Numbered from the stretch's first letter, positions 11,469 through 21,996 are shown. The stretch is DNA of 64,000 nucleotides from Promethearchaeia archaeon (GCA_029856145.1 JAHQWK010000004.1:96001-160000), one strand, 5' to 3'. Notes: generated by a model from the letters alone, not told the origin. Made by a program: numbers and translations.

Positions 11469-11486
11469 AAGTATTTTGTTATATTA

Positions 11487-12683
11487 CTATTCTTTATTTT
11501 GATTTATATCTTCAATTTCTTGTTCTTGTTCAGAACTTAGTTGTTTAGGATTGTGAATCCATCCTTTCTTTAGCTTATCTTGAGCCCATAAAACAGAAGC
11601 TCCAATCCAACCAACATTTTCCCTTCCTGAAACACCTAAAACATTAATTTTATCTTTTAATCTTTCTGAAAAATGTTTTGAAATTTCCGTTTTTAGTCTT
11701 ATATCTAATCCTGGAATTAAACTACCACCTCCTGCAAGGATTATGTTAGGTAATATATCCTCCCAGTTTTCCCTATCCCAAAATTTAATTACTTTAGAAA
11801 CTGCTTCAGGTAACCCTATGTAATCAATATGAATTAAGGAAGGGTTAAATAGAGGTTCGGTCAGCATAAATCTCTCTGTATTAACTTCTATAGATGTCCC
11901 ATCAGGTAAATCAATATTTCTATTATATTTAGTTAAACCATCCTTGATTCTTCTTATTTCTTCATCTGGATCTATAATACATAAGGATAATTTCTCTTTG
12001 ATTTCATTAGCAATCATCTTATCAAGATATACTGTTTTTCCAGAACCTTTTTTTGATAAAATTAAATTCAACAAATAATTTGTCAAATCTTTACCAGATA
12101 TTGGATAAATATCCCTTGCCATTTCATTAGAGAATCCATGTAAAAATGTGGTAATAATAGTATTTATTTCCCCCATACTTATAACTACACCACTGGTTTT
12201 ACGTAACGTAGCCAATATTCCTTGACTTTCAGATAAAAATAATAATGAAGGAAAATCAAAAACATTAAAAAAAATATCCTGCAACTTTGTTTTTTCTAAT
12301 TCTGATATGAAGAAGGGAGATATTATTAAAATTGGTTGTTTAAAATGATTTTCTTCTGCTATTTCTAATTGCTTATAATGATGATAAAAGAATTTCATAA
12401 AAATATTATAATTGCTTTCCTTCCGGAATTCATGAATCTTAAGTATATTAGAGTACTTTAATGCTTGATGCCCAAATAAATGGCTTTCAGTCTTTTTTCC
12501 AGTAATATATATATCCTCGAGGCCATCTATTACTTCCGATGTGAATAAATAATCAATACTATTAACGTAAACACTAGGAGCAATAATATCTGGAAAATCA
12601 TCTCCTGCCCAACCCATTCTAAAAATTTTACTTCCAATATTAATAATAAGCGGACGTAACTGATTTTTTTCTGTAGATGACAT
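11487..12683 (-). CDS. Actin-related protein (divergent Asgard actin-family member)
   Basis: INIGSKIFRMGWAGDDFP..IAPS, EIKEKL, LPDGTSIEVNTERF..EPLFNPS, NIILAGGGSLIPG, WIGASVL. Confidence 0.95.
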   Translation of the reverse strand: MSSTEKNQLRPLIINIGSKIFRMGWAGDDFPDIIAPSVYVNSIDYLFTSEVIDGLEDIYITGKKTESHLFGHQALKYSNILKIHEFRKESNYNIFMKFFYHHYKQLEIAEENHFKQPILIISPFFISELEKTKLQDIFFNVFDFPSLLFLSESQGILATLRKTSGVVISMGEINTIITTFLHGFSNEMARDIYPISGKDLTNYLLNLILSKKGSGKTVYLDKMIANEIKEKLSLCIIDPDEEIRRIKDGLTKYNRNIDLPDGTSIEVNTERFMLTEPLFNPSLIHIDYIGLPEAVSKVIKFWDRENWEDILPNIILAGGGSLIPGLDIRLKTEISKHFSERLKDKINVLGVSGRENVGWIGASVLWAQDKLKKGWIHNPKQLSSEQEQEIEDINQNKE

Positions 12684-12741
12684 AGTAAATTATTTAAAAA
12701 TATCTTTTTAAATTATTTTTTAAATGGTGAAAATTAACCAG

Positions 12742-13605
12742 TTATTGAAAATATTTTAATTCGTGAACAAATTCGTCTGTAACTCGTTTTAATTGATATT
12801 CTTTAACTTGTAATTCTAGCAATCCTAAGACTCTTTTAAATTTTCCCGACATGGACTCAATGTCAACCTCAGCAACTTTCTCGATTTCATCTCGCTTAAC
12901 TTTAAATTGTTCTAAATTTTCCTGAATTTTATCAAAGACATTGTTAATAGAAATAACTAGATCATCTGTGTTCTTTTTTGTAATTTTTCGCATCTTTCGT
13001 AAGATACCAAGTATATTTGAAATACTCATCTCCCATCTATCATAATTCTCATTGTAACTGGATAGTAGACCTTCAAAAAACTCTGTTAATTTTAAGTAAA
13101 TATTTTTTTGTTTAATAAATGAAGGTTCTTGTTTAGTTGCAGGAATTGTAGGCGTTTGGGTTTTTGGTGCGGAACCGGCTTCCGATTGGACTTCTGGAGT
13201 AATCTTTTTCTCTTGTGTTGATGAGATAGCATTCGATTGGGCTTTTGGAGTAGCCGATGGTTCTTTCTCGCTTACTTCAGGAACGCTCTTAGTTCTAGCC
13301 TTTTTTTCATCCCTAGTTCGTTGAACTAACGGAACATCTTCTAAGACATAAGCTTCAGCAATTTTACTACGTGATTCATGTGATAATTGGGGTGTAATCT
13401 TTATATCTCCTTCTTTTTGAGGTTTGACATATCCTTGTCCCTCAGATACACCTTTTAACAAAGTTTGTAACGTGGTTTCTGTTGTTTTAGCAGAGTGTAA
13501 TGCTGTATCTAATGAATATTCAGGGATCTCTTCAACAGCGTCATCACTATCTTTGAGTTTCTTCCTCTTCTCTTTTTTTTTTCTTTTTTTCGCCACCAAA
13601 TACAC
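12742..13605 (-). CDS. Hypothetical protein: basic N-terminus, disordered linker, C-terminal coiled coil
   Basis: 287-aa ORF co-oriented with neighbours; heptad-rich C-terminal ~120 aa. Confidence 0.6.
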   Translation of the reverse strand: MYLVAKKRKKKEKRKKLKDSDDAVEEIPEYSLDTALHSAKTTETTLQTLLKGVSEGQGYVKPQKEGDIKITPQLSHESRSKIAEAYVLEDVPLVQRTRDEKKARTKSVPEVSEKEPSATPKAQSNAISSTQEKKITPEVQSEAGSAPKTQTPTIPATKQEPSFIKQKNIYLKLTEFFEGLLSSYNENYDRWEMSISNILGILRKMRKITKKNTDDLVISINNVFDKIQENLEQFKVKRDEIEKVAEVDIESMSGKFKRVLGLLELQVKEYQLKRVTDEFVHELKYFQ

Positions 13606-13639
13606 CTAAACTAATCATTAATAAAAATATACTTAAATT

Positions 13640-14041
13640 TTAATCTAAAGGAGAAAAGGTAACTTCTAGTGCTTCTCCCTTTTCCGTTAATATGTCTTTT
13701 AATTTATCCATATCTTTAGAACTTTCTGATATCGCCGTCCACACTGCTGTTTTATCTTTTTCAACAATTACCGCTTCACTATACACTAAGCTAATCTCTT
13801 CTTCTGCAAAAATATCAAGTATCTTTGCTAAAGCTCCCGGAATGTCTTTCATTATTACTCTTAGCTTCACTAGATTTCCTTCACTTTTTAAACCAATAGG
13901 AGTAATTCTTATCTCTTTCGTCTCTGAATCGCTTACTAACATTAACTGTGAATTGGTTGTCAAACCGAGATTCTTCCTAGTGACTAAAGGGAGCACTATT
14001 CGTCCTCGATTATCTATTGTAATAATTTTAACGTCTTTCAA
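13640..14041 (-). CDS. AbrB/MazE-type DNA-binding domain + ACT domain regulator
   Basis: IDNRGRIVLP..RKNLGL (AbrB); MKDIPGALAKILDIFAEEEISL (ACT). Confidence 0.9.
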   Translation of the reverse strand: MKDVKIITIDNRGRIVLPLVTRKNLGLTTNSQLMLVSDSETKEIRITPIGLKSEGNLVKLRVIMKDIPGALAKILDIFAEEEISLVYSEAVIVEKDKTAVWTAISESSKDMDKLKDILTEKGEALEVTFSPLD

Positions 14042-14298
14042 AATTAATCATTAGAATTATTATAATTATAATTATAATTATTTTCGTTTTACTGCTATAA
14101 ATTTCTAACTATAATTCAAGGTAATATTTTTCTTATTAATATTAACAAAATTATTATTAATAACTTTAATGTAATCCTACTAAACTAGAATATAATAAGT
14201 AAAACAAAAATTAAATCAAGTTTTACAATACATCTAATAATTCGGAGTTTTATATCAATTGTGAAAATATACTAAAAAGTAAATAAAAAAAATTTCCT

Positions 14299-16458
14299 TT
14301 ACAATTCTCCTTTATGAGCCTTTAGCTTTACTGTTAAATCTCGTGCTCGTTTTGAATACCAGATCAATAATTCTCCAGCATCTTCGGGTTTGAAGTATTC
14401 TCCTCCACACAGTGCTGCTGCACGGCTCATCAACGTGTCATCAGGGTTCCCTAGTCCGACCACGTATACAACAACGGAGGGATTGTCAGCCAATTTTTTA
14501 ATCTCATTTAAGAAAGCATCCCCATCCGTAGGCACGCCGTCTGTAAGTATTACTATCATCGTTGGCTGGTCAGGATTCATCTTTTGGAATTCATCTAACA
14601 CTTGATGAGCTTGTATCATCGCAGAGCCCATGTTTGTCGCTTGACCGTACGCATTTCCTACCCGATCGACAATCATACGAGCCGCATCTTCAAGAACACC
14701 CTTTTTACCGCTTGCAGAATCCATATAGAAGCCACCGCCGAATGGTAGTACTTGTGATTCATCAGCAAATCTAATTACTGAAACTTTTTCGCCAAAACCT
14801 CTTCCTACTTTTTCACTTAAGAAGAGAACCGCCGCAAAAGCAGCAGATATCCTTCGCGGTATGTTAATTCCATCTTTAAAATGTTTTAGAAATTCTTGGA
14901 TTTCTCGAGATTCCATAGCAGCTTTTATTCCCTCGATAGCAGGAGCAATATTAGTAACAAATACATCACGTGCCATCATTGAACGGCTAATATCTATTAT
15001 TAAAATAGCGTTAAATGGAATTAAACCTACTGGACTTAAGGATAAGGTCGTATTTGGGGAAACTCTAGCAAAAATATCGCCAGTTAAATCAGGAACCGTA
15101 TCAAGAACTGAACAAGCAATATTTACTGCAGCCCATCTTAGTTTTATCCCTTTAAATATAATATAGTTTGAAATCCAGCCCTTCATAGAATTTGCATTTT
15201 CTCGAGCAGTACTTATTATTTCCCACATATTTTCACCTGAAATAGGGGAAATTCCTAGAGAGATGTTTTGTAATGGGATAATGGTTCTTTGGTTCTTGGA
15301 GACTTTTACTTCAAAACTACCGATACCAGAAGCTTCCAAAATTTCACTATCAATAACTATTACATTATCAGGCGTAGTCTCTGAAACTTCTACTTTTCCA
15401 GCACCCATAGCTCCCGTAAGCTCATCCTCAAAAGCTAAAATATCCTCTGTTTGAAGTGAGAGGCTATACTGTGTTCTTGGGCTGACTAAAACAAAACCCA
15501 TTAAATTTGGTTGAGATTGGACTTCTAGCATTAATTCAGAAGCTTTTTGTATTGGAGGCTCAGTTGAGTATATAACAACTTGTTGAGCTTGAATATTTGT
15601 ATCTTCATATGTATCCATACTCATATTAATTTCATTCATTCCAATATTTGCTTGATCTATTCTTGCCGAGCCCATAGCTCTCGTTAAGGGATCCTCCCAA
15701 GCAATCAACATTCCTTGTCCAAGGCCTAGTTGTTGGATAATACTAGGATTTAACTGTACTCTACCTCCTTCAATACTATCGTCAATCCTAGGTGTAAGGA
15801 TTATTCCGTTTTTTTGACCTTGTAGCATATTTATATCGATTTTGTTTGGATATGGTTCTATAGGTGCAGCTGGTTCCACTCCATATTGGGTAACTCCAGG
15901 TTGTGGTATTTCCATTGGAGGAGGAGGCCGTGTTGGTAAAGGTGTCATAGAAGGTTGGGGTGTAGGAGTCAGTTGGGGTGCAGGTGCAGGAGTAGGCGCG
16001 GGAGGTGGTGTGAATGACGGTTGAGGTGCTGGAGTGGGTTGGGGTGCAGGTGCAGGTGTAGGCGCGGGAGGTGTAGGTAATGGAGATAATGAAGATTGAG
16101 GGGTAGGCGTTGGTGTTGGAGTGGGTTGGGGTGCAGGTGTAGGGGTAGGTTGAATTGTTGGGACTTTTGGAATTTTTAGTGTTGGAGTAAGTGTTGCTGC
16201 AGCACTTATGGGGCGAACTGTTAATTCAACACCTGAAAATTGTAGGTCATCTAAGATGTTTTTTGAAAATTGACCAGCAAAATCTAAAACTTTATCAGAA
16301 ATTTCAATAGTAGCTTTTTTTTTCAAATTATTATCAATATTTAAAATTTCTATTATATCCCCGTTCTTTACTCCTAGCGCATTCGCGTTAGATTGACAAA
16401 TTATAACTTTATCTTTAATTTCATTATTCGCATCGACAAAAAGTTTGATTTCTGTCAT
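14299..16458 (-). CDS. CDC48-N-like double-psi beta-barrel repeats + Pro-rich linker + VWA domain protein
   Basis: Three barrel-like units (ANALGVKNGDIIEI; IIQQLGLGQGMLI; QYSLSLQTEDIL), a CDC48 Nc-like segment, then VWA MIDAS DISRS...T...LTDG. Confidence 0.75.
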   Translation of the reverse strand: MTEIKLFVDANNEIKDKVIICQSNANALGVKNGDIIEILNIDNNLKKKATIEISDKVLDFAGQFSKNILDDLQFSGVELTVRPISAAATLTPTLKIPKVPTIQPTPTPAPQPTPTPTPTPQSSLSPLPTPPAPTPAPAPQPTPAPQPSFTPPPAPTPAPAPQLTPTPQPSMTPLPTRPPPPMEIPQPGVTQYGVEPAAPIEPYPNKIDINMLQGQKNGIILTPRIDDSIEGGRVQLNPSIIQQLGLGQGMLIAWEDPLTRAMGSARIDQANIGMNEINMSMDTYEDTNIQAQQVVIYSTEPPIQKASELMLEVQSQPNLMGFVLVSPRTQYSLSLQTEDILAFEDELTGAMGAGKVEVSETTPDNVIVIDSEILEASGIGSFEVKVSKNQRTIIPLQNISLGISPISGENMWEIISTARENANSMKGWISNYIIFKGIKLRWAAVNIACSVLDTVPDLTGDIFARVSPNTTLSLSPVGLIPFNAILIIDISRSMMARDVFVTNIAPAIEGIKAAMESREIQEFLKHFKDGINIPRRISAAFAAVLFLSEKVGRGFGEKVSVIRFADESQVLPFGGGFYMDSASGKKGVLEDAARMIVDRVGNAYGQATNMGSAMIQAHQVLDEFQKMNPDQPTMIVILTDGVPTDGDAFLNEIKKLADNPSVVVYVVGLGNPDDTLMSRAAALCGGEYFKPEDAGELLIWYSKRARDLTVKLKAHKGEL
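15860..16170 (-). repeat. Low-complexity Pro/Thr/Gln coding repeats (PTPAPAPQ)
   Basis: Recurrent ggggtgcaggtg / gtaggcgcgggaggtg units within the CDS. Confidence 0.8.
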
Positions 16459-16740
16459 AATTATAATTTAATATTTTCTATAGTATTTTAATATATTATA
16501 AGTGTTTAAGCTTAAAATTTCTATCAACAATTATTTATTTTTTTTATAAATATCAATCTAATATCAGTGTAAGATAGTTATCTAGAATTGATATTATAAT
16601 AGACATAACTATCTTTATATTAAAATTTAACAATATTGAGATAATCTTGCAAAAATTTTTGTATTCAATATCAAGAAAAAACTCTTTGTAGAAGAATATT
16701 ATGCAACTGAATGGTCTAAATTGATTTCAGCTTATTTATT

Positions 16741-17130
16741 TCATTTGATTGGATATCGTTTGAGAATTTCTCCTGCATAATACCTAAAAATTTTAACTAT
16801 CTTTCCCAAATCTGCAATTTGCCTTGATGCTCCCATTAGAAAGAATCGTCCAGCAGCACTTAGAATTATAAATCCATTGTCACCTCGTAAAACGACTTCA
16901 AGCATATCTGTGAATCCTAAAGTTGCAATTGCATCGGATCCTGACTGAACAACTACAGCGCTCAGACTGGAGAATAGGTCGGGATCTATATTATATCCGG
17001 GAATAGCGCTGAAAGCTAATCTTAAACCCTCTCGAGTAATAAGAGCTAACGCCTCAAGCTCACTGTACTCTGTGATACTGCCCAAAAAATTACTCAACGC
17101 ATGTGCTTCATCTGGTGTCAGGTCACTCAT
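16741..17130 (-). CDS. Roadblock/LC7 (MglB-like) domain protein
   Basis: ALALITREGL, LFSSLSAVV, EVVLRGDNGFIIL pattern; 129 aa. Confidence 0.9.
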   Translation of the reverse strand: MSDLTPDEAHALSNFLGSITEYSELEALALITREGLRLAFSAIPGYNIDPDLFSSLSAVVVQSGSDAIATLGFTDMLEVVLRGDNGFIILSAAGRFFLMGASRQIADLGKIVKIFRYYAGEILKRYPIK

Positions 17131-17284
17131 AATATAGATAAAAACTGTGTTTTAATTAATATAAATTATAAAATTCAAACTTAAAAATATATATTTCTTT
17201 TAAAATCTAAATCAAACTTCTTGAGTTGAAAATCTCAAAAATGTATGTAATACTAAGAATAAGATTAAAGGAAATAAATAATTT

Positions 17285-18124
17285 TTAATTTCCTTCTAAC
17301 TGCTCTTTGATTTGTTCTTTTAAGATTTCTCTTTTACTTTTTGTTTCAACTGGTTTAGATTTTGCGTTCGCGCGTTTTAGAAATTCAATTGCGATGATTT
17401 TACCATTTTCAGATAAAACTCGTGGTGAGTAGTCTTCAGCAAAAAAAATTCCTTCTGGAATCGCTCCAACCTTCGAGATTTCCTTAGTAACTTGTTTTTC
17501 TCCAAGGAATTGTTGTACTTTTTCAACAATTGAATAAGCATGATTTCCGATAATAATCAATTCTCGTTCAAAACCGGGAGGCATTTGAATTTCTTCTAGT
17601 TTTTGCATAACTTGTTGGAAATCTATTTGAGTCTGTTCTTGTATGAAATCAGGCATAGAACCTTCACCCCGATATAAAGGCCCTGTATTTTGTGCAGCAC
17701 GATCTTTGCTTCCTGCTATATTCATACCTTTAGCTGGCCTTGGACTTCCAAAAACATTTTTTTCTCTTATTGGATGCACATTTGAAGGGGAAATCTCTAC
17801 TGGTTTTATTTCCTGTGCTATTCCTGCTTCAGTTTGTCCTCCAATTAACTTAATAAAATCGGGTTCTTCCTCACTTTCATCAACTGGAACAACAGCATAA
17901 TGCATTCCTACTTGACCACGGATTTCTTGAGATCTTTTAGCTCCAATAAATTTTGACCTAACACTACTTTTTAATCCCTTCCATAGATATACTTTTCTTA
18001 CTTCATCTGCTACAAGAACATAACATTCATCCGTTTTTAAAACATCCTTAATTGAACCTTGAGTTGTTATCTCAGTTGTAGTCCCATCAGGATTAATAAG
18101 AAACAATTGTGGTATTTTAATCAA
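17285..18124 (-). CDS. Single gelsolin domain + C-terminal domain protein (1DGelX-like)
   Basis: LKTDECYVL..VYLWKG..SS..KF...VDESEEEPDF gelsolin repeat; C-terminal PPGFERELIIIG..IPEG..RVL.ENGKIIAIEFL domain. Confidence 0.85.
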   Translation of the reverse strand: MIKIPQLFLINPDGTTTEITTQGSIKDVLKTDECYVLVADEVRKVYLWKGLKSSVRSKFIGAKRSQEIRGQVGMHYAVVPVDESEEEPDFIKLIGGQTEAGIAQEIKPVEISPSNVHPIREKNVFGSPRPAKGMNIAGSKDRAAQNTGPLYRGEGSMPDFIQEQTQIDFQQVMQKLEEIQMPPGFERELIIIGNHAYSIVEKVQQFLGEKQVTKEISKVGAIPEGIFFAEDYSPRVLSENGKIIAIEFLKRANAKSKPVETKSKREILKEQIKEQLEGN

Positions 18125-18296
18125 TCTCCTTTATTTTTTGTTGAAATTTAGTATTAATATAACTTATCTAACCTCAACTTAAGTTTTCACAAAAACTAAG
18201 TTAATAATAATATAATATTACATGTAAATAAATCTTTATCTTGAGACTTATTCACGTTCTGACATCTCTAATAAACATGTATTGTTTCGCAAAATG

Positions 18297-19868
18297 TTAA
18301 AAATTAAGAACACTTCGTAGAGCATTATTAATATTTTTTGTCATATCTAATGCTGTAAAGCGGTCTCCAACATTTAGTTTACAATATTCTCCTATTATGC
18401 CATTAAGAAATGCTGCGGAGCATGCTGACTTGAAAAGATCATTTTTAGTTGAAATAAAGCAATTACATAGTCCTGCTAATACATCACCAGTCCCACCAAT
18501 ACTCATTTCAGCACAACCAGTTTTATTTACCTTAATTTGCTTTCCATTAGAGATATAATCAAATGGACCTTTCACCAGTAGAGTTAAATCTAAATCTTTA
18601 GCCAAATCTAATATTACTTTGCTGCGATCCACAATATTCTCATAAGAGGGTAGTACTACATTCATCATTATCTTTAATTCCCCCTCATGAGGTGTTAGTA
18701 TAGTAGGTAAGCCTTTTATTAATTCAAGGTGATCTTTAACTAGTTTTAAAGCATCAGCATCAAGAATAAATGGTTTTTTATATTGTTTTAAATTCTTTAG
18801 TAATTCTACTAAGAGATTTTCAGTTTCTTTTTTTATTCCCAAACCAGGGCCAATTAATATTGAATCTGCCCATTTTATTAATTCAGTTAATTCTTCTAAA
18901 GCATCTATATCCAACCAATTACCTTTTTTTGTTCTTACGATCATATTTGGAGAATAACTTCTAAGAGGTGTTGCAATAACTTCTGGTACATAAGTTATTA
19001 CTAAATCAATTCCAAAATTAATCCCCGTCAAAGAAGAATAAGCGGGAGCTCCAGAATAATTCTTCGAACCACCTATTATTAAAATTTTCCCAAAGTCCCC
19101 TTTATGAGCATCACTTTTTCTTTTTTTTAAAGTAGATATTAAATCTCCTCTTCCAATGAATAAACTTGCTTCAGGAGGAATACCAATAGATTTCTCTAAG
19201 ATTTCCTCTATATATTCATTGTTACAAGACAATCCTTTTTTCCTTCTATGAAAGGTAATTACTAAATCTGCTTTGACCGCCTTATCAGTGACATCCCCAG
19301 TATTGGGATCTAATCCTGATGGTATATCAATGGAAACTACTGTAATCCTTTCATTCTCTACTTTTTTAATATTATTTATTAAATCTATTGCAGAAGCTAT
19401 AGGTTCTCTGATTTTTCCTTCTATTCCAGTTCCTAACAATCCATCAACAATTACATGATAACTTTTATCTTCTTTAATACGATTTCCTATATTAATTAAG
19501 TCTGTGGAATCTTTTACTATTTCTACATCAATAGAATAATTAAGGTTATTAAAAATTATATTCCAGTTTAATTGAGCCTCTTTAGTTCGAATTTTACCTG
19601 GATCACCAACTAAAATAACCAAAACTTTAACGCCATAAGAACTCAAGTGCCTAGCAACAACAAATCCATCTCCTCCATTATTTCCCGTTCCACAAAAAAT
19701 TACTGTTTTATTGTTTTTCTCTAAATAACCACGATTCATAATTTTTGTTGCGAAAGAATAACCAGCACATTCCATTAAGTGACTTTTTGGTATTCCGAGC
19801 CACTCTGAGTTATTATCTAAAATTGCCATCTCTTCAGAACTAATCTTTTCAGAATTAAATGGTTTCAT
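18297..19868 (-). CDS. nnr: Bifunctional NAD(P)H-hydrate epimerase/dehydratase
   Basis: GNNGGDG, DGLLGTG, DIPSG; HKGDFG..IGGS..YSGA, GPGLG, DADAL, TPHEGE, GGTGDVLAG. Confidence 0.95.
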   Translation of the reverse strand: MKPFNSEKISSEEMAILDNNSEWLGIPKSHLMECAGYSFATKIMNRGYLEKNNKTVIFCGTGNNGGDGFVVARHLSSYGVKVLVILVGDPGKIRTKEAQLNWNIIFNNLNYSIDVEIVKDSTDLINIGNRIKEDKSYHVIVDGLLGTGIEGKIREPIASAIDLINNIKKVENERITVVSIDIPSGLDPNTGDVTDKAVKADLVITFHRRKKGLSCNNEYIEEILEKSIGIPPEASLFIGRGDLISTLKKRKSDAHKGDFGKILIIGGSKNYSGAPAYSSLTGINFGIDLVITYVPEVIATPLRSYSPNMIVRTKKGNWLDIDALEELTELIKWADSILIGPGLGIKKETENLLVELLKNLKQYKKPFILDADALKLVKDHLELIKGLPTILTPHEGELKIMMNVVLPSYENIVDRSKVILDLAKDLDLTLLVKGPFDYISNGKQIKVNKTGCAEMSIGGTGDVLAGLCNCFISTKNDLFKSACSAAFLNGIIGEYCKLNVGDRFTALDMTKNINNALRSVLNF

Positions 19869-19998
19869 AACAATTTTATTTAAGAATTAGATATAAAAAA
19901 TCTTTTAGTTTCAGACGATTTTTTATTTGGAAAAATATTTCATTATTCGAATATTATTGAATCAAAAGACCATTCAAAATAATTAGGAAATAAGGAAA

Positions 19999-20811
19999 AT
20001 GAGTGAAAAACTACAAATATATCAAGATTACGGTAAAAAAATTGAAGAACTTCTAAGACCTTTAACATTTCCAATTGCGATAAAAGTTATAAAAGATGAA
20101 TCTGACATTCCTCTTAACCATAAAAAACCTAAATCTAATTTAAATGTACAAATTTTTTTATGTCAAGCATTTAAAATGGTTCGTAGCTATGGATGGACCA
20201 TGTTTATAACGGAAGAGGATTGTATATGCAAGTTGGCTAGGTTTATTTATGGCTGGGATCCAATGACAGAAGAAGCTGAAAATTTCGCCAATCAGTTCAG
20301 TAATGGACTTTATGCTAAAGACCTTGACACAGCAAGAAAATGGCAAGATCATATCTATTTATTGAAAGACAAATTTTTAGGTGTAGCAATTTCACCTTTA
20401 ACAAGAACTAAAATAGAGCCTGATATTGTTCAAATTTATTGTAATCCTGCACAAGCTATGAGATTGATTCAAGCTTATCTTTATATTAAGGGTGGTGTTC
20501 TTAATTTCACATCCGCAGGGAGAGGGGCTTCCTGCCATGAAGGAGTAATTAAAAGTATTCAGACTAATGAGCCTCAGCTAGTGATCTTAGGAAATGGTGA
20601 TAGAGTTTGGGGAGGAGCAGAAGATACAGAAGTAATGTTTTCAATTCCAAAAGAAAAATTAGGTATTATTGTAAAAGGATTAGAGGCTACACACAAGGCA
20701 GGTTTGAGATATCCAATCCCAAAATATATGAATTATAATCCCGGCTTCCAAGCAGCATTTAAAGAAAAAGCTAAAGTTAGAGCTGGAGGCACTGTAATTA
20801 AAGAAAACTAA
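19999..20811 (+). CDS. DUF169 family protein
   Basis: FPIAIK, LCQA...R.YG, EPDIV..CNPAQAMRL..A, C, GDR pattern. Confidence 0.85.
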   Translation: MSEKLQIYQDYGKKIEELLRPLTFPIAIKVIKDESDIPLNHKKPKSNLNVQIFLCQAFKMVRSYGWTMFITEEDCICKLARFIYGWDPMTEEAENFANQFSNGLYAKDLDTARKWQDHIYLLKDKFLGVAISPLTRTKIEPDIVQIYCNPAQAMRLIQAYLYIKGGVLNFTSAGRGASCHEGVIKSIQTNEPQLVILGNGDRVWGGAEDTEVMFSIPKEKLGIIVKGLEATHKAGLRYPIPKYMNYNPGFQAAFKEKAKVRAGGTVIKEN

Positions 20812-20854
20812 TTTAGATTTAAAAATTGTTAAAGTTAAAAATGAGAGTATTAAA

Positions 20855-21853
20855 ATGACTAATTTGCAAAAAATGATAATTTCGGCTCAAAAAGCAATGA
20901 TTCATGTAATGAATTTGAATAAGGATGATGCTGTATTAGTTATTTCCGATGAAGATACTAAGAGTGTAGGGGAAGCTTTTTATAATGCAGCTATTGAGTA
21001 TGATTGTTCGGCACAATTATATTTGCTACCTGAAAAAGATCGCCCATTAACAGAAATACCCCCAGAAATGGATGAGTTAGCAAAAGGAAAAACGATAGTG
21101 ATTAACGCATTTAAGGGATTAGGAGATGAAACTCCATTTCGAGTTAAATGGGTAAAAAAAATTCTTGCTACCAAATCAATTCGATTGGGGCATGGTGCAG
21201 GTATTACGAAAACCATGATGATTGAAGGTCCAATGAATATTGATTATGAACCTATGGTAAATACTGCAGATAAAATGATTAAAATATTAGAAAATGCTAA
21301 AATAGCGCATATTTCAGCACCAGGTGGAACAGATATCGTTTTATACATTGAAGATCGTGGATTCTCTACAGATGTTCGAATTACCAAAGAACCCTATTTT
21401 GCTAATCTTCCTTGTGGTGAAATATGGTGTGGTCCTATTGAAACACAAGGTGATGGTATTATTGTATGTGATGGTTCAATTGGTGATATTGGTAAAGTAA
21501 AGAAACCCTTGAAAATAACAGTAAAAAATGGTAAAATTCTTAATATTGAAAGTAAGGATAAAAATTTAGTTAAAGAAGTCGAAAAATTAATTAGTTTAGA
21601 TGAAGAAGCAAGTATTATCGGAGAATTGGGAATAGGTTTAAATCCTGGCGCTAAATTAAGTGGAATTCTACTTGAGGATGAAAAAGCCCTTCAAACAGCC
21701 CATATTGCATTTGGTAATAATACTGATATGCAGGGTGGGCAAAATACATCAAAAACCCATAGAGATTTCTTATTCTATAATCCAACAATAAAGATTACCT
21801 ATAAAGATGGTTCAACCAAGATTTTAATGAGAAATGGGAAATTTTCTTTTTGA
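20855..21853 (+). CDS. M29-family aminopeptidase
   Basis: NLPCGE, IGELGIGLNP, EDEK, HIAFGNN, HRD. Confidence 0.9.
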   Translation: MTNLQKMIISAQKAMIHVMNLNKDDAVLVISDEDTKSVGEAFYNAAIEYDCSAQLYLLPEKDRPLTEIPPEMDELAKGKTIVINAFKGLGDETPFRVKWVKKILATKSIRLGHGAGITKTMMIEGPMNIDYEPMVNTADKMIKILENAKIAHISAPGGTDIVLYIEDRGFSTDVRITKEPYFANLPCGEIWCGPIETQGDGIIVCDGSIGDIGKVKKPLKITVKNGKILNIESKDKNLVKEVEKLISLDEEASIIGELGIGLNPGAKLSGILLEDEKALQTAHIAFGNNTDMQGGQNTSKTHRDFLFYNPTIKITYKDGSTKILMRNGKFSF

Positions 21854-21996
21854 GTGTTAACAATTCGAGTAATTAAAACATCTTTCTAATCTAATAGAAT
21901 ATAAATTTTTATTAAACCATTTTATTTAATTCTAAATAATAAAATCAAAATTGACAATTAAAAATTAGAATTATTATAAATAATCGAGGTGTTGAT

